Assembly (NCBI GenBank): GCA_045544795.1
Contig: JAZPZR010000017.1
Location: 1 to 34,285, forward strand
DNA: 34,285 nt
Reading direction: 5' to 3'
Source of the DNA: Eubacteriales bacterium
GTDB taxonomy: Bacteria > Bacillota > Clostridia > Oscillospirales > QAKW01
Positions 8,415 through 16,981 of the stretch are shown one piece after another. Each line of letters starts with the position of its first letter. Positions within the stretch are counted from its first letter, which is position 1. The position numbers were made by a program, and so were the translations under genes. The notes below the pieces were generated by a model that was not told the DNA's origin, ran no database searches, and saw nothing but the letters and a program-made list of their open reading frames with translations.

Positions 8415-8616
8415 AAATTGTGGTTTTGCGGGATGAAAAGCCTCCCTTGCCTAAAGGGAGGGGGACCGAGCTTGCTCGGTGGAGGGATTTAGTTTTTACG
8501 TAAAAACATTGTAAATACAAGTATTTTTGCATCTTTGAATCCCTCAGTCTCGCATACGCTCGACAGCTCCCTTTACAAGGGAGCCTAAGGTTTGTTTCCC
8601 CGTTAAACCGCAATTT
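8415..8616. mobile_element. ~200-bp MITE/REPIN-like element: terminal inverted motifs enclosing an inverted pair of double-hairpin repeats
   Basis: Left end AAATTGTGGTTTTGCGGGATG, right end reverse complement AAATTGCGGTTTAACGGGGAA; inner units 8438..8489 (+) and 8538..8586 (-) share CTCCCTTG..AAAGGGAG + second hairpin + GAGGGATT. Confidence 0.65.
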
Positions 8617-9388
8617 ATCTGTTTTTATTTTGTTTTGAATAGTTTACGGGACTTATGCCTGTGTACTGTCTGAACATTTTTGAAAAGTGGTAGATACTGT
8701 TATACCCCACACTTTCCGCCACCTGCCCGACCGATTCAAAGTCGCTGTTTAAAATCGCCTTTGCCTTTTGTATACGCAGGTTGTGCAGATACTTCATCGG
8801 CGGTACACCGTAAACCGACACAAAGCATTTTCTGAAATAGACGGTGCTCATTTTGCAAAGTTCTGCCAGCATATCGTTTGTAACGTTACTGTCAAAATAC
8901 TGCGTGTGTATATAATCTGTCGCGGGCTTCAGTACAAGCGCTTTTTGCGGATGTACAGGCTCCGCTTGTGCCGATCTTATCAGAAAAAGCAAAATTTCAT
9001 ACAGGTAATAATAGCACTCCGTCTTTTTGGAACCAAGGCTTTTTTCGATTTTTTCAAAATCATTTATGATAAGTGAGTTATCTCTTATTTCAAAGCAGTC
9101 AAAATCGGAAAGCGTGCTGTTTGCATCAAATTCGATAAGGATGCACTCGCCCGCCTTTGTACACTCCCACGAGTAGTCGCATCCCTTCGGCAAAATCACG
9201 GGATGATAGCGGTCGGACAGCACCTTTTTATTACCTACAGTATAAATCGTTTCGCCTTTTACCTTAAGTACAACCGCCCAGCTTTTGCGGTTGTGTCTGT
9301 GAGTTGTAATTCCGACGGGAGAATTTAGCAGACGGTTGGCAGAAAATATATTTGTGACGGTCAGATCAGAAACAGAGCTTATAAACAA
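8615..9388 (-). CDS. AraC-family transcriptional regulator
   Basis: C-terminal AraC HTH (MSTVYFRKCF..PMKYL..VAESVGY..HFSKMF..G.SP); TTG start with RBS GAGGTG; divergent from the 9518..14336 operon. Confidence 0.9.
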   Translation of the reverse strand: MFISSVSDLTVTNIFSANRLLNSPVGITTHRHNRKSWAVVLKVKGETIYTVGNKKVLSDRYHPVILPKGCDYSWECTKAGECILIEFDANSTLSDFDCFEIRDNSLIINDFEKIEKSLGSKKTECYYYLYEILLFLIRSAQAEPVHPQKALVLKPATDYIHTQYFDSNVTNDMLAELCKMSTVYFRKCFVSVYGVPPMKYLHNLRIQKAKAILNSDFESVGQVAESVGYNSIYHFSKMFRQYTGISPVNYSKQNKNR

Positions 9389-9439
9389 ATGATATCACCT
9401 CGCAAAATATTATAACACAGAATTTAAATTTTGTGTATC

Positions 9440-9463
9440 ATAATTGATAAAAATATCAATTAT
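9440..9463. promoter_or_regulatory. Palindromic operator-like site
   Basis: ATAATTGATA-AAAA-TATCAATTAT perfect inverted repeat just upstream of a TTTACA-16 nt-TATACT promoter candidate (9468..9495). Confidence 0.5.
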
Positions 9464-9517
9464 TACATTTACATTGTTTTTTTGTGTTTTATACTGAAAA
9501 CAAGAGGTGACGCTTTT

Positions 9518-10333
9518 ATGAAAAAATTATCAAAAATTACAGCTCCTGCAATTGCGGGCGTCATACGTGAAAAAACAGAACGCTCTGCAATCGCTGAAAT
9601 TAAAAACTGCAGGTATGACGGCGCGGACATGATAGACCTTCATCTGTCCTGTCTTGAGGATACGGATGTTGATTCTCTCAGAAATATCATATCGTCGGCG
9701 GGTCTGCCCGTCCTTGCGCTCAACTATAACCGTACCTACGATAATAAAAAAGCAGGGTACACCGAGGACATGCGCGCCGACAGTTTTTTGCGCGCGGTAG
9801 ATGCGGGCGCCGCGGGTGTTGATATACAGGGGTATACCTTCCACCTTCCTTCAAAATCGGAATTCTGCGGTGAGGACAAATACTCGTTTACCAAGGGCAA
9901 TCCAAAAGAAATAGTAACCGACCCCGAGATAATATCAAAACAGTGTGAGTTTATTGAAAAAATTCACGGTAAGGGCGCTGAGGTTTTGCTTTCCTGCCAT
10001 CCGGGAATTGCCATGGACAGTACTCAGGTTACAGAGCTTGCGCTGTTTTTGGAAAAGAGAAATCCCGACATAATAAAAATTGTAACAAAGGCAAGCAACG
10101 AAGAGCAGATGCTTGAGGCGGTAAAGGCGATGCTGATGCTTAAAAAAGAGGTAAAAACACCCGTAAGCTACCATGCAAACGGACGCTGCGGCAATCTCAC
10201 CCGCGTGCTCAATCCCGCGCTCGGCGGACAGATAGCCTTTTGTGTTGACAGATTTTCCGAGAGCAGTACGATGGAGCAGATACATCTTAAAACTGCAAAA
10301 TCAGTAATTGAAGGAATACGGAGGATAGTATGA
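9518..10333 (+). CDS. Type I 3-dehydroquinate dehydratase-like (AroD-fold) Schiff-base enzyme, atypical
   Basis: GADMIDL, LLSCH (SxH), DIIKIV (Schiff-base Lys) and LTRVLNP..G...F motifs; start at ATG 9518 after RBS GAGGTG. Confidence 0.7.
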   Translation: MKKLSKITAPAIAGVIREKTERSAIAEIKNCRYDGADMIDLHLSCLEDTDVDSLRNIISSAGLPVLALNYNRTYDNKKAGYTEDMRADSFLRAVDAGAAGVDIQGYTFHLPSKSEFCGEDKYSFTKGNPKEIVTDPEIISKQCEFIEKIHGKGAEVLLSCHPGIAMDSTQVTELALFLEKRNPDIIKIVTKASNEEQMLEAVKAMLMLKKEVKTPVSYHANGRCGNLTRVLNPALGGQIAFCVDRFSESSTMEQIHLKTAKSVIEGIRRIV

Positions 10334-11328
10334 AAACAAAAAGTATAGTATTTACAAAACCGCAGACGGCGGAGCTTTTAATCAAAGAAACAAAACCGCT
10401 TGCTCCCGACAGCGTCATGGTGAAAATGGAGTACACCGTGGTATCGGGCGGTACAGAGCGCGCATGCATTATGGGTATGCCCAACACGGGCGCGGGCGAT
10501 TTTCCGAAGGCGCTCGGCTATTGCGGTGTCGGCTACGTGACCCAAATCGGAGAGGCTGTCACAAAGGTAAAGGTCGGGGACAGAGTGCTTGTCTACCACG
10601 GTGTTCATACTGAGTATAACGTCGTACCCGAAATCAAGGTGACCAAAGTCGAGGACGAAAATATCGACTCGCTCTACGCTTGCTTTGTAATAATTGCCTC
10701 GATGGGTCTTGGCGGAGTAAGAAAGCTTGAGCTTGAGCTCGGTGAGAGCGCGATGGTAATGGGTCTTGGACTTCTTGGTATGTTTTCGGTACAGTTTTTA
10801 AGACTCAGCGGAGCAAACCCGCTTATTGCGGTCGATCTTAACAAAGACCGCCGTGACCTTGCGTTAAAGCTTGGCGCGGACTATGCGCTCGACCCGTCTG
10901 CGCCCGATTTTGCAGAGACTGTAAAAAAGCTTACAAAGGGATGCGGTGTCAGGGCAACAGTCGAGGTGACGGGTGCATCCGTTGCCATGAAGCAGGCGCT
11001 TGAATGTGCATCGTGGATGGGAAGAATATCGCTTCTCGGCTGTACGCGTATTTCCGACTGTGCGGTGGATTATTATCAGCTGGTGCACAGACCCGGTGTC
11101 AAACTTATAGGCGCGCACAATCTTGTAAGACCAAAAGTAGAATCTTATCCGCACCATTGGACGCATCACGATGACTGCAGAGCAATACTTGATATGATAT
11201 CGGCAGGCAGACTTGATATGAAATCAATGGTGGGCCGTGTGGTAAAGCCTGAGGAGTGCACCAGGATCTATACAGAGCTTTGTCAAAACAATGATTTCAT
11301 AATGGGTACAGTATTTGATTGGAGATAA
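10330..11328 (+). CDS. Medium-chain dehydrogenase/reductase lacking canonical catalytic Zn ligands
   Basis: GroES-like N-domain with SGGTE and LGY replacing the usual C..D and GHE; Rossmann motif GLGLLG; overlaps upstream gene end. Confidence 0.85.
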   Translation: MKTKSIVFTKPQTAELLIKETKPLAPDSVMVKMEYTVVSGGTERACIMGMPNTGAGDFPKALGYCGVGYVTQIGEAVTKVKVGDRVLVYHGVHTEYNVVPEIKVTKVEDENIDSLYACFVIIASMGLGGVRKLELELGESAMVMGLGLLGMFSVQFLRLSGANPLIAVDLNKDRRDLALKLGADYALDPSAPDFAETVKKLTKGCGVRATVEVTGASVAMKQALECASWMGRISLLGCTRISDCAVDYYQLVHRPGVKLIGAHNLVRPKVESYPHHWTHHDDCRAILDMISAGRLDMKSMVGRVVKPEECTRIYTELCQNNDFIMGTVFDWR

Positions 11329-11330
11329 AA

Positions 11331-12338
11331 ATGATTAAAATCGGACAGATAGGCATCGGCCACAACCACGGCGAAGCCAAAATGAAGGCGGTGCGTAAGT
11401 TTCCCGAACTTTTTGAGGTTGTGGGATTTGCTGAGGAAAACGAACGTTGGATAGAAAAGCGGGGCGCAAGCCACGGCTACGCGGGACTTGCCCGCATGAG
11501 CGTTGACGAGGTTATAGAAAAATCGGATGCGGTACTTGTCGAAAGCGACGTGTGGAACCTTACAAAGTACGCAAAAATGTGTATTGATGCGGGCAGGCAC
11601 ATACACATGGATAAGCCTGCAAGCGGGACACTTGCCGAATACAAGCAGTTGCTTGACAGGGCAAAGTCGAAAAGCCTTATAATTCAGCTTGGCTATATGT
11701 ACCGCTACAATCCCGCAGTTTTAAAATGCTTTGAGCATATTAAAAACGGTGACCTCGGTGAGATATACTCAATAAATGCTGAAATGAGCACCTTTCATCC
11801 CGAAAATTATAAAAAATGGCTCACCAATTTCGGCGGCGGTATCATGTATATTCTCGGAAGCCATCTTGTTGACCTTATAGTTTATATGATGGGAGAGCCG
11901 AAAAAGATCACCTCATTCCTGAAGCACACAGGAATGGACGGCATTGATTTTGAGGATAACAATCTTGCGGTGCTTGAATACGATAAAGCGCTTGCGCGAA
12001 TATACGTGTCGTCTGTTGAGGTCAACGGCTTTGGCAGACGTCAGCTTATGGTGTCGGGAAGCCGAGGTACTGTCAACATCTGCCCGCTTGAGCGCCCCAT
12101 TACAATGACTTATTCTGATACAGGTATTGCGGATAAGACTTATGAGGACCGCAAGCTCATTATTCCTATGCAAGATAATACCAAAGACGGCAGATACGAT
12201 GAAATGATGAAAGATTTTTATGCGTACATTCAGGGTACGAAACAAAATCCCTTTACGTATGAGCATGATTATCTTGTACAGAAGGTGCTTGATGAAATAG
12301 TCGGCGGAGTGCGCTTTAACAGTAAACATATTGATTAA
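11331..12338 (+). CDS. Gfo/Idh/MocA-family oxidoreductase
   Basis: IGQIGIG, HIHMDKP, GYMYRYNP and GGG..LGSHLVD motifs; RBS GGAG. Confidence 0.9.
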   Translation: MIKIGQIGIGHNHGEAKMKAVRKFPELFEVVGFAEENERWIEKRGASHGYAGLARMSVDEVIEKSDAVLVESDVWNLTKYAKMCIDAGRHIHMDKPASGTLAEYKQLLDRAKSKSLIIQLGYMYRYNPAVLKCFEHIKNGDLGEIYSINAEMSTFHPENYKKWLTNFGGGIMYILGSHLVDLIVYMMGEPKKITSFLKHTGMDGIDFEDNNLAVLEYDKALARIYVSSVEVNGFGRRQLMVSGSRGTVNICPLERPITMTYSDTGIADKTYEDRKLIIPMQDNTKDGRYDEMMKDFYAYIQGTKQNPFTYEHDYLVQKVLDEIVGGVRFNSKHID

Positions 12339-12353
12339 AAGAGGATAAAGAAT

Positions 12354-13355
12354 ATGAAAAAGGTTTTGGTTTTAGGCTCGACGGGCGCTATGGGACGTTA
12401 TCTTGTTCCCGAGCTTATAAAATTAAATTACGACGTAACAGGTGTCGGACTTGATGAAAAAGCGCCGTGGTCGGACAGTGCACGTTACATAAAAGGAAAC
12501 GCCTTTGACAAGGAATTTCTTACTGAACTTCTCAAAGAAGAGTTTGACGGTATAGTAAACTTTATGGATTACGGCAAATACGATTTTGCAGATTATTACA
12601 ATCTGTTTTTGGAAAACTGCGAGCATTATATTTTCCTCTCATCCTGCCGTATTTACGACGATAAGGAACAACCGATAAAGGAGTCGTCGCCGAGGCTGTG
12701 GGATTCGTCGGAGGACGAGGAATTGAAGGCGTCTCACGATTACTGCATACAAAAAGCGCAGAACGAGGATCTTCTTATGGCATCGCCATACGGCAACTTC
12801 ACCATAGTCCGTCCTGCAACCACTTTTTCCACAATGCGACTTCAGCTTGTTACACACGAATTCAAGGACTGTGTGGGACGGGCAATGATGGGTAAAAAGG
12901 TGGTTCTGCCCGTTCAGGCAAAGGATAAGCCTGCAACACTTTCGTGGGGCGGTGACGTTGCAAAAATGATCGCGCGTATACTGTTTAAAAACGAGGCGAT
13001 GCGAGAGGCTTACAACGTATGCTCTGCAGAGCACAGAACGTGGGAAGAAATCGCAGAGTATTACCGTGAGCTTGTCGGACTTGAAGCGGTATGGGTGGAT
13101 AAAGAGGACTATATTAAAATCAAAAGCCCCGAAATGAGAAAAAACGTAAGGTGGCAGCTTGAGTATGCAAGACTTTTCCGCAGAATCACCGATAACTCCA
13201 AGGTGCTTGCGCTGACGGGACTTAAGCAAGAGGAGCTGATGCCGATGTATGACGGACTTAAGCTTGAGATATCAAATATCCCGAAGGACTATATTCCTGC
13301 CGATACAGAGGTCGGAATACGCATGGACGAATATCTTAAAGAACATAATCTGTGA
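12354..13355 (+). CDS. NAD-dependent epimerase/dehydratase (extended or atypical SDR)
   Basis: VLVLGSTGAMG, YIFLSS..Y, YCIQK (YxxxK), TIVRP. Confidence 0.85.
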   Translation: MKKVLVLGSTGAMGRYLVPELIKLNYDVTGVGLDEKAPWSDSARYIKGNAFDKEFLTELLKEEFDGIVNFMDYGKYDFADYYNLFLENCEHYIFLSSCRIYDDKEQPIKESSPRLWDSSEDEELKASHDYCIQKAQNEDLLMASPYGNFTIVRPATTFSTMRLQLVTHEFKDCVGRAMMGKKVVLPVQAKDKPATLSWGGDVAKMIARILFKNEAMREAYNVCSAEHRTWEEIAEYYRELVGLEAVWVDKEDYIKIKSPEMRKNVRWQLEYARLFRRITDNSKVLALTGLKQEELMPMYDGLKLEISNIPKDYIPADTEVGIRMDEYLKEHNL

Positions 13356-13364
13356 GGAAAAACT

Positions 13365-14336
13365 ATGAAAGCTGTACTTGTTGATGAAAATAAAAATTTA
13401 GTGTGGAGCGAGGTGCCTGGCCCCGTTATAAAAGAGGACGAATGTCTTGTGAAAATACACGCCGCGGCGCTTAACCGCGCAGATCTTTTGCAAAGACAGG
13501 GCAGATACCCATCTCCTGCAGGCTGTCCCGAATGGATGGGACTTGAGATTTCAGGAGAGATTACAGAGGTGGGCGCAGCTGTGGAAAAGTGGCAGGTCGG
13601 CGATAAGGTGTGCGCGCTTCTCGGCGGCGGAGGATATGCCGAGTACGTCTCCGTAAAATATGATATGCTCATGCCGATACCCAAAGGTCTTTCAATGGTC
13701 GAGGCGGCGTCACTCCCCGAAGCGTATGCGACCTCATACCTTAATCTGTTTATAGAGGGGCATCTTGAAAAAGGGCAGACCGCCTTTATTCCTGCGGGTG
13801 CAAGCGGGCTTGCATCTGTTGCAATACCCATGGCAAAGGCGTTTGGCGCAAGGGTGATAACGTCGGTGCTCTCCGATGAAATTGCAGAAAAAATAAAGCC
13901 TCTTGGCGCGGACGTTATAATAAATTCGGCTACGCAGCCGGTTGAGCAGATACTTGAAAAAGAGGAGCAAAACGGAACGCCCGTAAACGTTTCGATGGAC
14001 TGTCTGTCGGGCGAAACGCTCGGCAAAAGCCTGCCCTTTATGGCGCGCGGCGGCTATTGGATAGTAATTTCCACCCTTGCGGGAGTTGAAACTAATATTC
14101 AGCTTCGCCCGCTTCTTACAAAGGGATTGCACCTTGTAGGGTCGATGCTTCGCAACCGCACGCCCGAATTCAAAGCGTATATTCTGTCACAGCTTGTGAA
14201 AAACGTGTGGCCGAAAATTGAAAGCGGTGAGATAAAGCCGTCAATATATAAGACACTCCCGATACAGCAGGCAGAAGAGGCGCACGCGATACTTGAACGC
14301 GGTGAAAATATAGGTAAGGTCGTACTTACCGTGTAA
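13365..14336 (+). CDS. NAD(P)H:quinone oxidoreductase (PIG3/zeta-crystallin-like MDR)
   Basis: LNRADLLQRQGRYP, GLEISG, LLGGGGYAEY, AASLPE and GKVVL motifs. Confidence 0.9.
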   Translation: MKAVLVDENKNLVWSEVPGPVIKEDECLVKIHAAALNRADLLQRQGRYPSPAGCPEWMGLEISGEITEVGAAVEKWQVGDKVCALLGGGGYAEYVSVKYDMLMPIPKGLSMVEAASLPEAYATSYLNLFIEGHLEKGQTAFIPAGASGLASVAIPMAKAFGARVITSVLSDEIAEKIKPLGADVIINSATQPVEQILEKEEQNGTPVNVSMDCLSGETLGKSLPFMARGGYWIVISTLAGVETNIQLRPLLTKGLHLVGSMLRNRTPEFKAYILSQLVKNVWPKIESGEIKPSIYKTLPIQQAEEAHAILERGENIGKVVLTV

Positions 14337-14337
14337 T

Positions 14338-14364
14338 ATAGGGGAGGGTCTCCGTGCCTTCCCG
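14338..14364 (+). repeat. Solitary REP-like hairpin
   Basis: ATAGGGGAGGGTCTCCGTGCCTTCCCG has the same 27-nt NTAGGGG..stem-loop..CCCG architecture as the REP at 29..55. Confidence 0.55.
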
Positions 14365-14381
14365 CCAAAATACGTACAATT

Positions 14382-14420
14382 AAAAAACGGAACAGGCAAA
14401 ACAATGCCTGTTCCGTATTT
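14382..14420. terminator. Bidirectional intrinsic terminator
   Basis: Stem ACGGAACAGGCA / TGCCTGTTCCGT between convergent genes; homologous to the terminator at 28591..28630. Confidence 0.85.
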
Positions 14421-14422
14421 GT

Positions 14423-14521
14423 TTATATCTCTTTTTGTTTTTTGACCGGCCGCAGTCGGAGTATTTATTGCCCTCAAAGCTGACCTTACGCAGTATCGTT
14501 GCCGTTTCTTCGCGCAGACCG
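14423..14521 (-). pseudogene. Orphan 3' tail (~32 codons) of a GH20-like gene
   Basis: Reads GLREETATILRKVSFEGNKYSDCGRSK..EI*; about 83% identical to 28491..28590 (12 synonymous, 4 non-synonymous changes, 1 indel by manual alignment). Confidence 0.85.
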
Positions 14522-16837
14522 CTATTTCAAAGGACAGTTAACTATACATTTTTCGCCTGTGACAGGTCTGAATTTGAATACGGGGTCCTGCTGACGAAGT
14601 GCATCTGCAAGATTATCCGCGGTTATAGTTTCGGGGCAGGGGATATCGGTAAAGTTACCCGTGTACATGTTACCTTCCTCAGCAACAAGCGCAAATCTTG
14701 TTGCCCAGTCACAGCGGAGCGCATCTACAGGAAGGTAGGTGATCTTTTTACCCGCGACGTCAAGCTCTGTAAGTCTTTCCTTTTTGAGCGCGCCCGTGGG
14801 ACATACGGTAAGGCACTTTTCACAGCCTGCGCATGCAGCCGCAAGACCTTCCTTCACCTCGTCGCTTTCAAGGTCGGCATTGGTAACGATAGCAACAAAG
14901 CGCTGATGTATTCCGTACTCCTCAGTTACAACAGAGCCGTTAAGCGCCATTTTGCCGATTCCCGCGCAGACCGCCTCAAGCGCGTTACAGGATGCGTCGT
15001 TAAACTGACCGCGGGGACTTCCGACAGTCGAGCCTGCGCCCGTGAGATTATGCGAGTAGACCGCCTCGTAGCCGAGCGCATTGAGGCTTCTGCATACCGA
15101 GTATGCAAGATGGCCTGTCAGTCTGTTTACCTCATACTGCGTAAATACGTACGGTCCTACCGACTCTGCAGGCGGCTTGCCGACACGCTCTGCAGGTGTT
15201 TCGGGGTAATGCATACCGAGTACGATGACCGACTTTGCGTCCTTGAGATAGTCGCTCATATTGTTAAACTCCCTTTTTTCCTCCGTAACTACAGGGTCAA
15301 AGGGCATCATACGTGTATTTTTATCTTCAACGACAAGCTGTTTTTCGTCCTTGCGGATGCTTCTTAACTGCTCTACTATTGAATCAATATCCTTTGCGGA
15401 TGCAACGCCGAAGAGGTCTGCGCCTTTATCCTTGGCAAGCTGTCTGAGCTGTGCCTTGAGATTTTTGGCGGGCGCTATGGATGAAAGGTCGGTTGCCGCT
15501 TTATCAACAAAAGGAGCAGAGGTAAGTACGAGCGAGGTACGGATAAACGTATTTTCCGTCTTTTCGACCTTGCAAAGAGCACGGAACGGCTCATGATCCA
15601 TTCTTGTCTTGGGAAGCGCGGAATAACCGAGTGTTTCAAGCTCACGGCAGACGTCAAGCTCGGTAAAGTCAACGTTGAACTGCGCGATCCTTCCGTAGCT
15701 GTCAAGCGCGCTTGCGCGTGTTTTATGACAGCTGTCAAAGCTTTCGATATGCGCCATGCTTCCGTCATGGTCTATCTTCGCCTCTGCGGGAAGCTGATAG
15801 CGTGAGGTGAGCAGTATCGCGCCGACACCGTCGGGAAGCTCTGTTTTAATATCAATTCCCGCGCCTTCAAGCGACTCTTTTGATATAAAGTGTACGCTGT
15901 CAAGGTCCCATGCGCTTGCATGAGAGAGAACCTTATCGTATACCTGACGGTGCACGTCAAGCTCCGAGGGTGTCACGTGGCGGATGCGTCTTGCCGTCTT
16001 TTTGCAGTAATCCTCATCCCAGTTGCGAAGATGCTTTGGCAGACAGACCTTAAGGCAGACACCGAACTCACCGCCGCGCATTCCGTATTTTGCAACGTGC
16101 TCAAGAAGCACCTTTTCGTCCACCTTTTCGGGAATGGGAAGGTCGAGGTCGATATCAAAATGCTCGCCCCATGCACAGCGCCAGAGATTTTTGTTGCAGA
16201 AGATGTGGTCCTTGCCCTCTATCACAACGTTTTTTGTGCCGTTTACTTCCTTGCGGTATGCGTTTGTCGGACATTTTCTTATACACTCGCCGCACAGGTC
16301 GCAAAGCTTGGGACCGTTGTAAAGGGGAGTAGGTGTCAGCTCCGCCTCTGTGATAATTGAAATAAATCTGTTTCTTGCGCCGTATTCGGGAGTGATGCAA
16401 AGACCGTTCCAGCCAAGCTCACCGAGGCCCGCGCAGACCGCGCTGTAGATATGGCTGATATCGGGCGCAAAGGTCGCGTCCATCTCTTTATATCCGCGGT
16501 ATCTCCATATATTCGAGCTTGCTATCGGCACCGTCTCATAGCCGAGATCGTCAAGCATTCTCGCAATTTTAAAGGAAAGCACGTCAAGCTTGTCGTTCAT
16601 TATGTACTGAATACGGTAAGGACCCATCACCTGCGGATGAACCTCGCCGTCAAGCTCAATTGCTGCATCGGGATGATGTACCGCGCAGACTATAACCGAC
16701 TTTGCCGTAGGCAGAATTCCCTGCGGACTCATCTTTATCGGCGCATTCTCGTAGCGTTCAATATTTGCAATACCCACAAGGTCTGCGCCGAGACTGTAGG
16801 CAAGCTTTTTGACTTTTAAAGTAAGACTGTTTTCCAT
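14522..16837 (-). CDS. Multi-module epoxyqueuosine-reductase (QueG)/reductive-dehalogenase-superfamily protein, predicted cobalamin and Fe-S binding
   Basis: Two full modules, each GADL.G.A / AKSVIV / AVCAG(L/I)G / TxEYG / RF..I.T / CxxCxxCxxxCP / C.W / CxxxC, plus a degenerate middle module; start at the second ATG, 7 nt from AAGGAG. Confidence 0.8.
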   Translation of the reverse strand: MENSLTLKVKKLAYSLGADLVGIANIERYENAPIKMSPQGILPTAKSVIVCAVHHPDAAIELDGEVHPQVMGPYRIQYIMNDKLDVLSFKIARMLDDLGYETVPIASSNIWRYRGYKEMDATFAPDISHIYSAVCAGLGELGWNGLCITPEYGARNRFISIITEAELTPTPLYNGPKLCDLCGECIRKCPTNAYRKEVNGTKNVVIEGKDHIFCNKNLWRCAWGEHFDIDLDLPIPEKVDEKVLLEHVAKYGMRGGEFGVCLKVCLPKHLRNWDEDYCKKTARRIRHVTPSELDVHRQVYDKVLSHASAWDLDSVHFISKESLEGAGIDIKTELPDGVGAILLTSRYQLPAEAKIDHDGSMAHIESFDSCHKTRASALDSYGRIAQFNVDFTELDVCRELETLGYSALPKTRMDHEPFRALCKVEKTENTFIRTSLVLTSAPFVDKAATDLSSIAPAKNLKAQLRQLAKDKGADLFGVASAKDIDSIVEQLRSIRKDEKQLVVEDKNTRMMPFDPVVTEEKREFNNMSDYLKDAKSVIVLGMHYPETPAERVGKPPAESVGPYVFTQYEVNRLTGHLAYSVCRSLNALGYEAVYSHNLTGAGSTVGSPRGQFNDASCNALEAVCAGIGKMALNGSVVTEEYGIHQRFVAIVTNADLESDEVKEGLAAACAGCEKCLTVCPTGALKKERLTELDVAGKKITYLPVDALRCDWATRFALVAEEGNMYTGNFTDIPCPETITADNLADALRQQDPVFKFRPVTGEKCIVNCPLK

Positions 16838-16865
16838 AAGCATACTCCTTCATTTTATTGTCTAA

Positions 16866-16874
16866 ATTATATCA
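16866..16874 (-). promoter_or_regulatory. Extended -10 for the QueG-like gene
   Basis: Minus strand TGaTATAAT with a poor -35, consistent with activator dependence. Confidence 0.55.
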
Positions 16875-16931
16875 GGCAAATACTTTGCGTAAAAGAGACA
16901 AAACGACCTTTTTTTCGTAAAAATCAAGCAT

Positions 16932-16960
16932 TTGACACAGGGCAGGTCAGATGGTATACT
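16932..16960 (+). promoter_or_regulatory. Near-consensus sigma-A promoter
   Basis: TTGACA-17 nt-TATACT with extended TG. Confidence 0.8.
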
Positions 16961-16981
16961 AGACCTACGAGGTGAGTGAAT

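Noticed and set aside
8413-8613. 66-aa ORF in the intergenic region
   Set aside because: It is a translation of the hairpin repeat element (LPCKGSCR..LPLGKGG), not a credible protein
9518-10333. Assigning the symbol aroD
   Set aside because: Key substrate-binding motifs are altered and there is no shikimate-pathway context
14435-15367. 310-aa plus-strand ORF
   Set aside because: Antisense shadow of the QueG-like gene; no RBS or recognisable motifs
14522-16837. Calling the gene queG or a respiratory rdhA
   Set aside because: About twice the length of QueG, triplicated, altered Cys pattern, no Tat signal or RdhB; only superfamily membership is supportable
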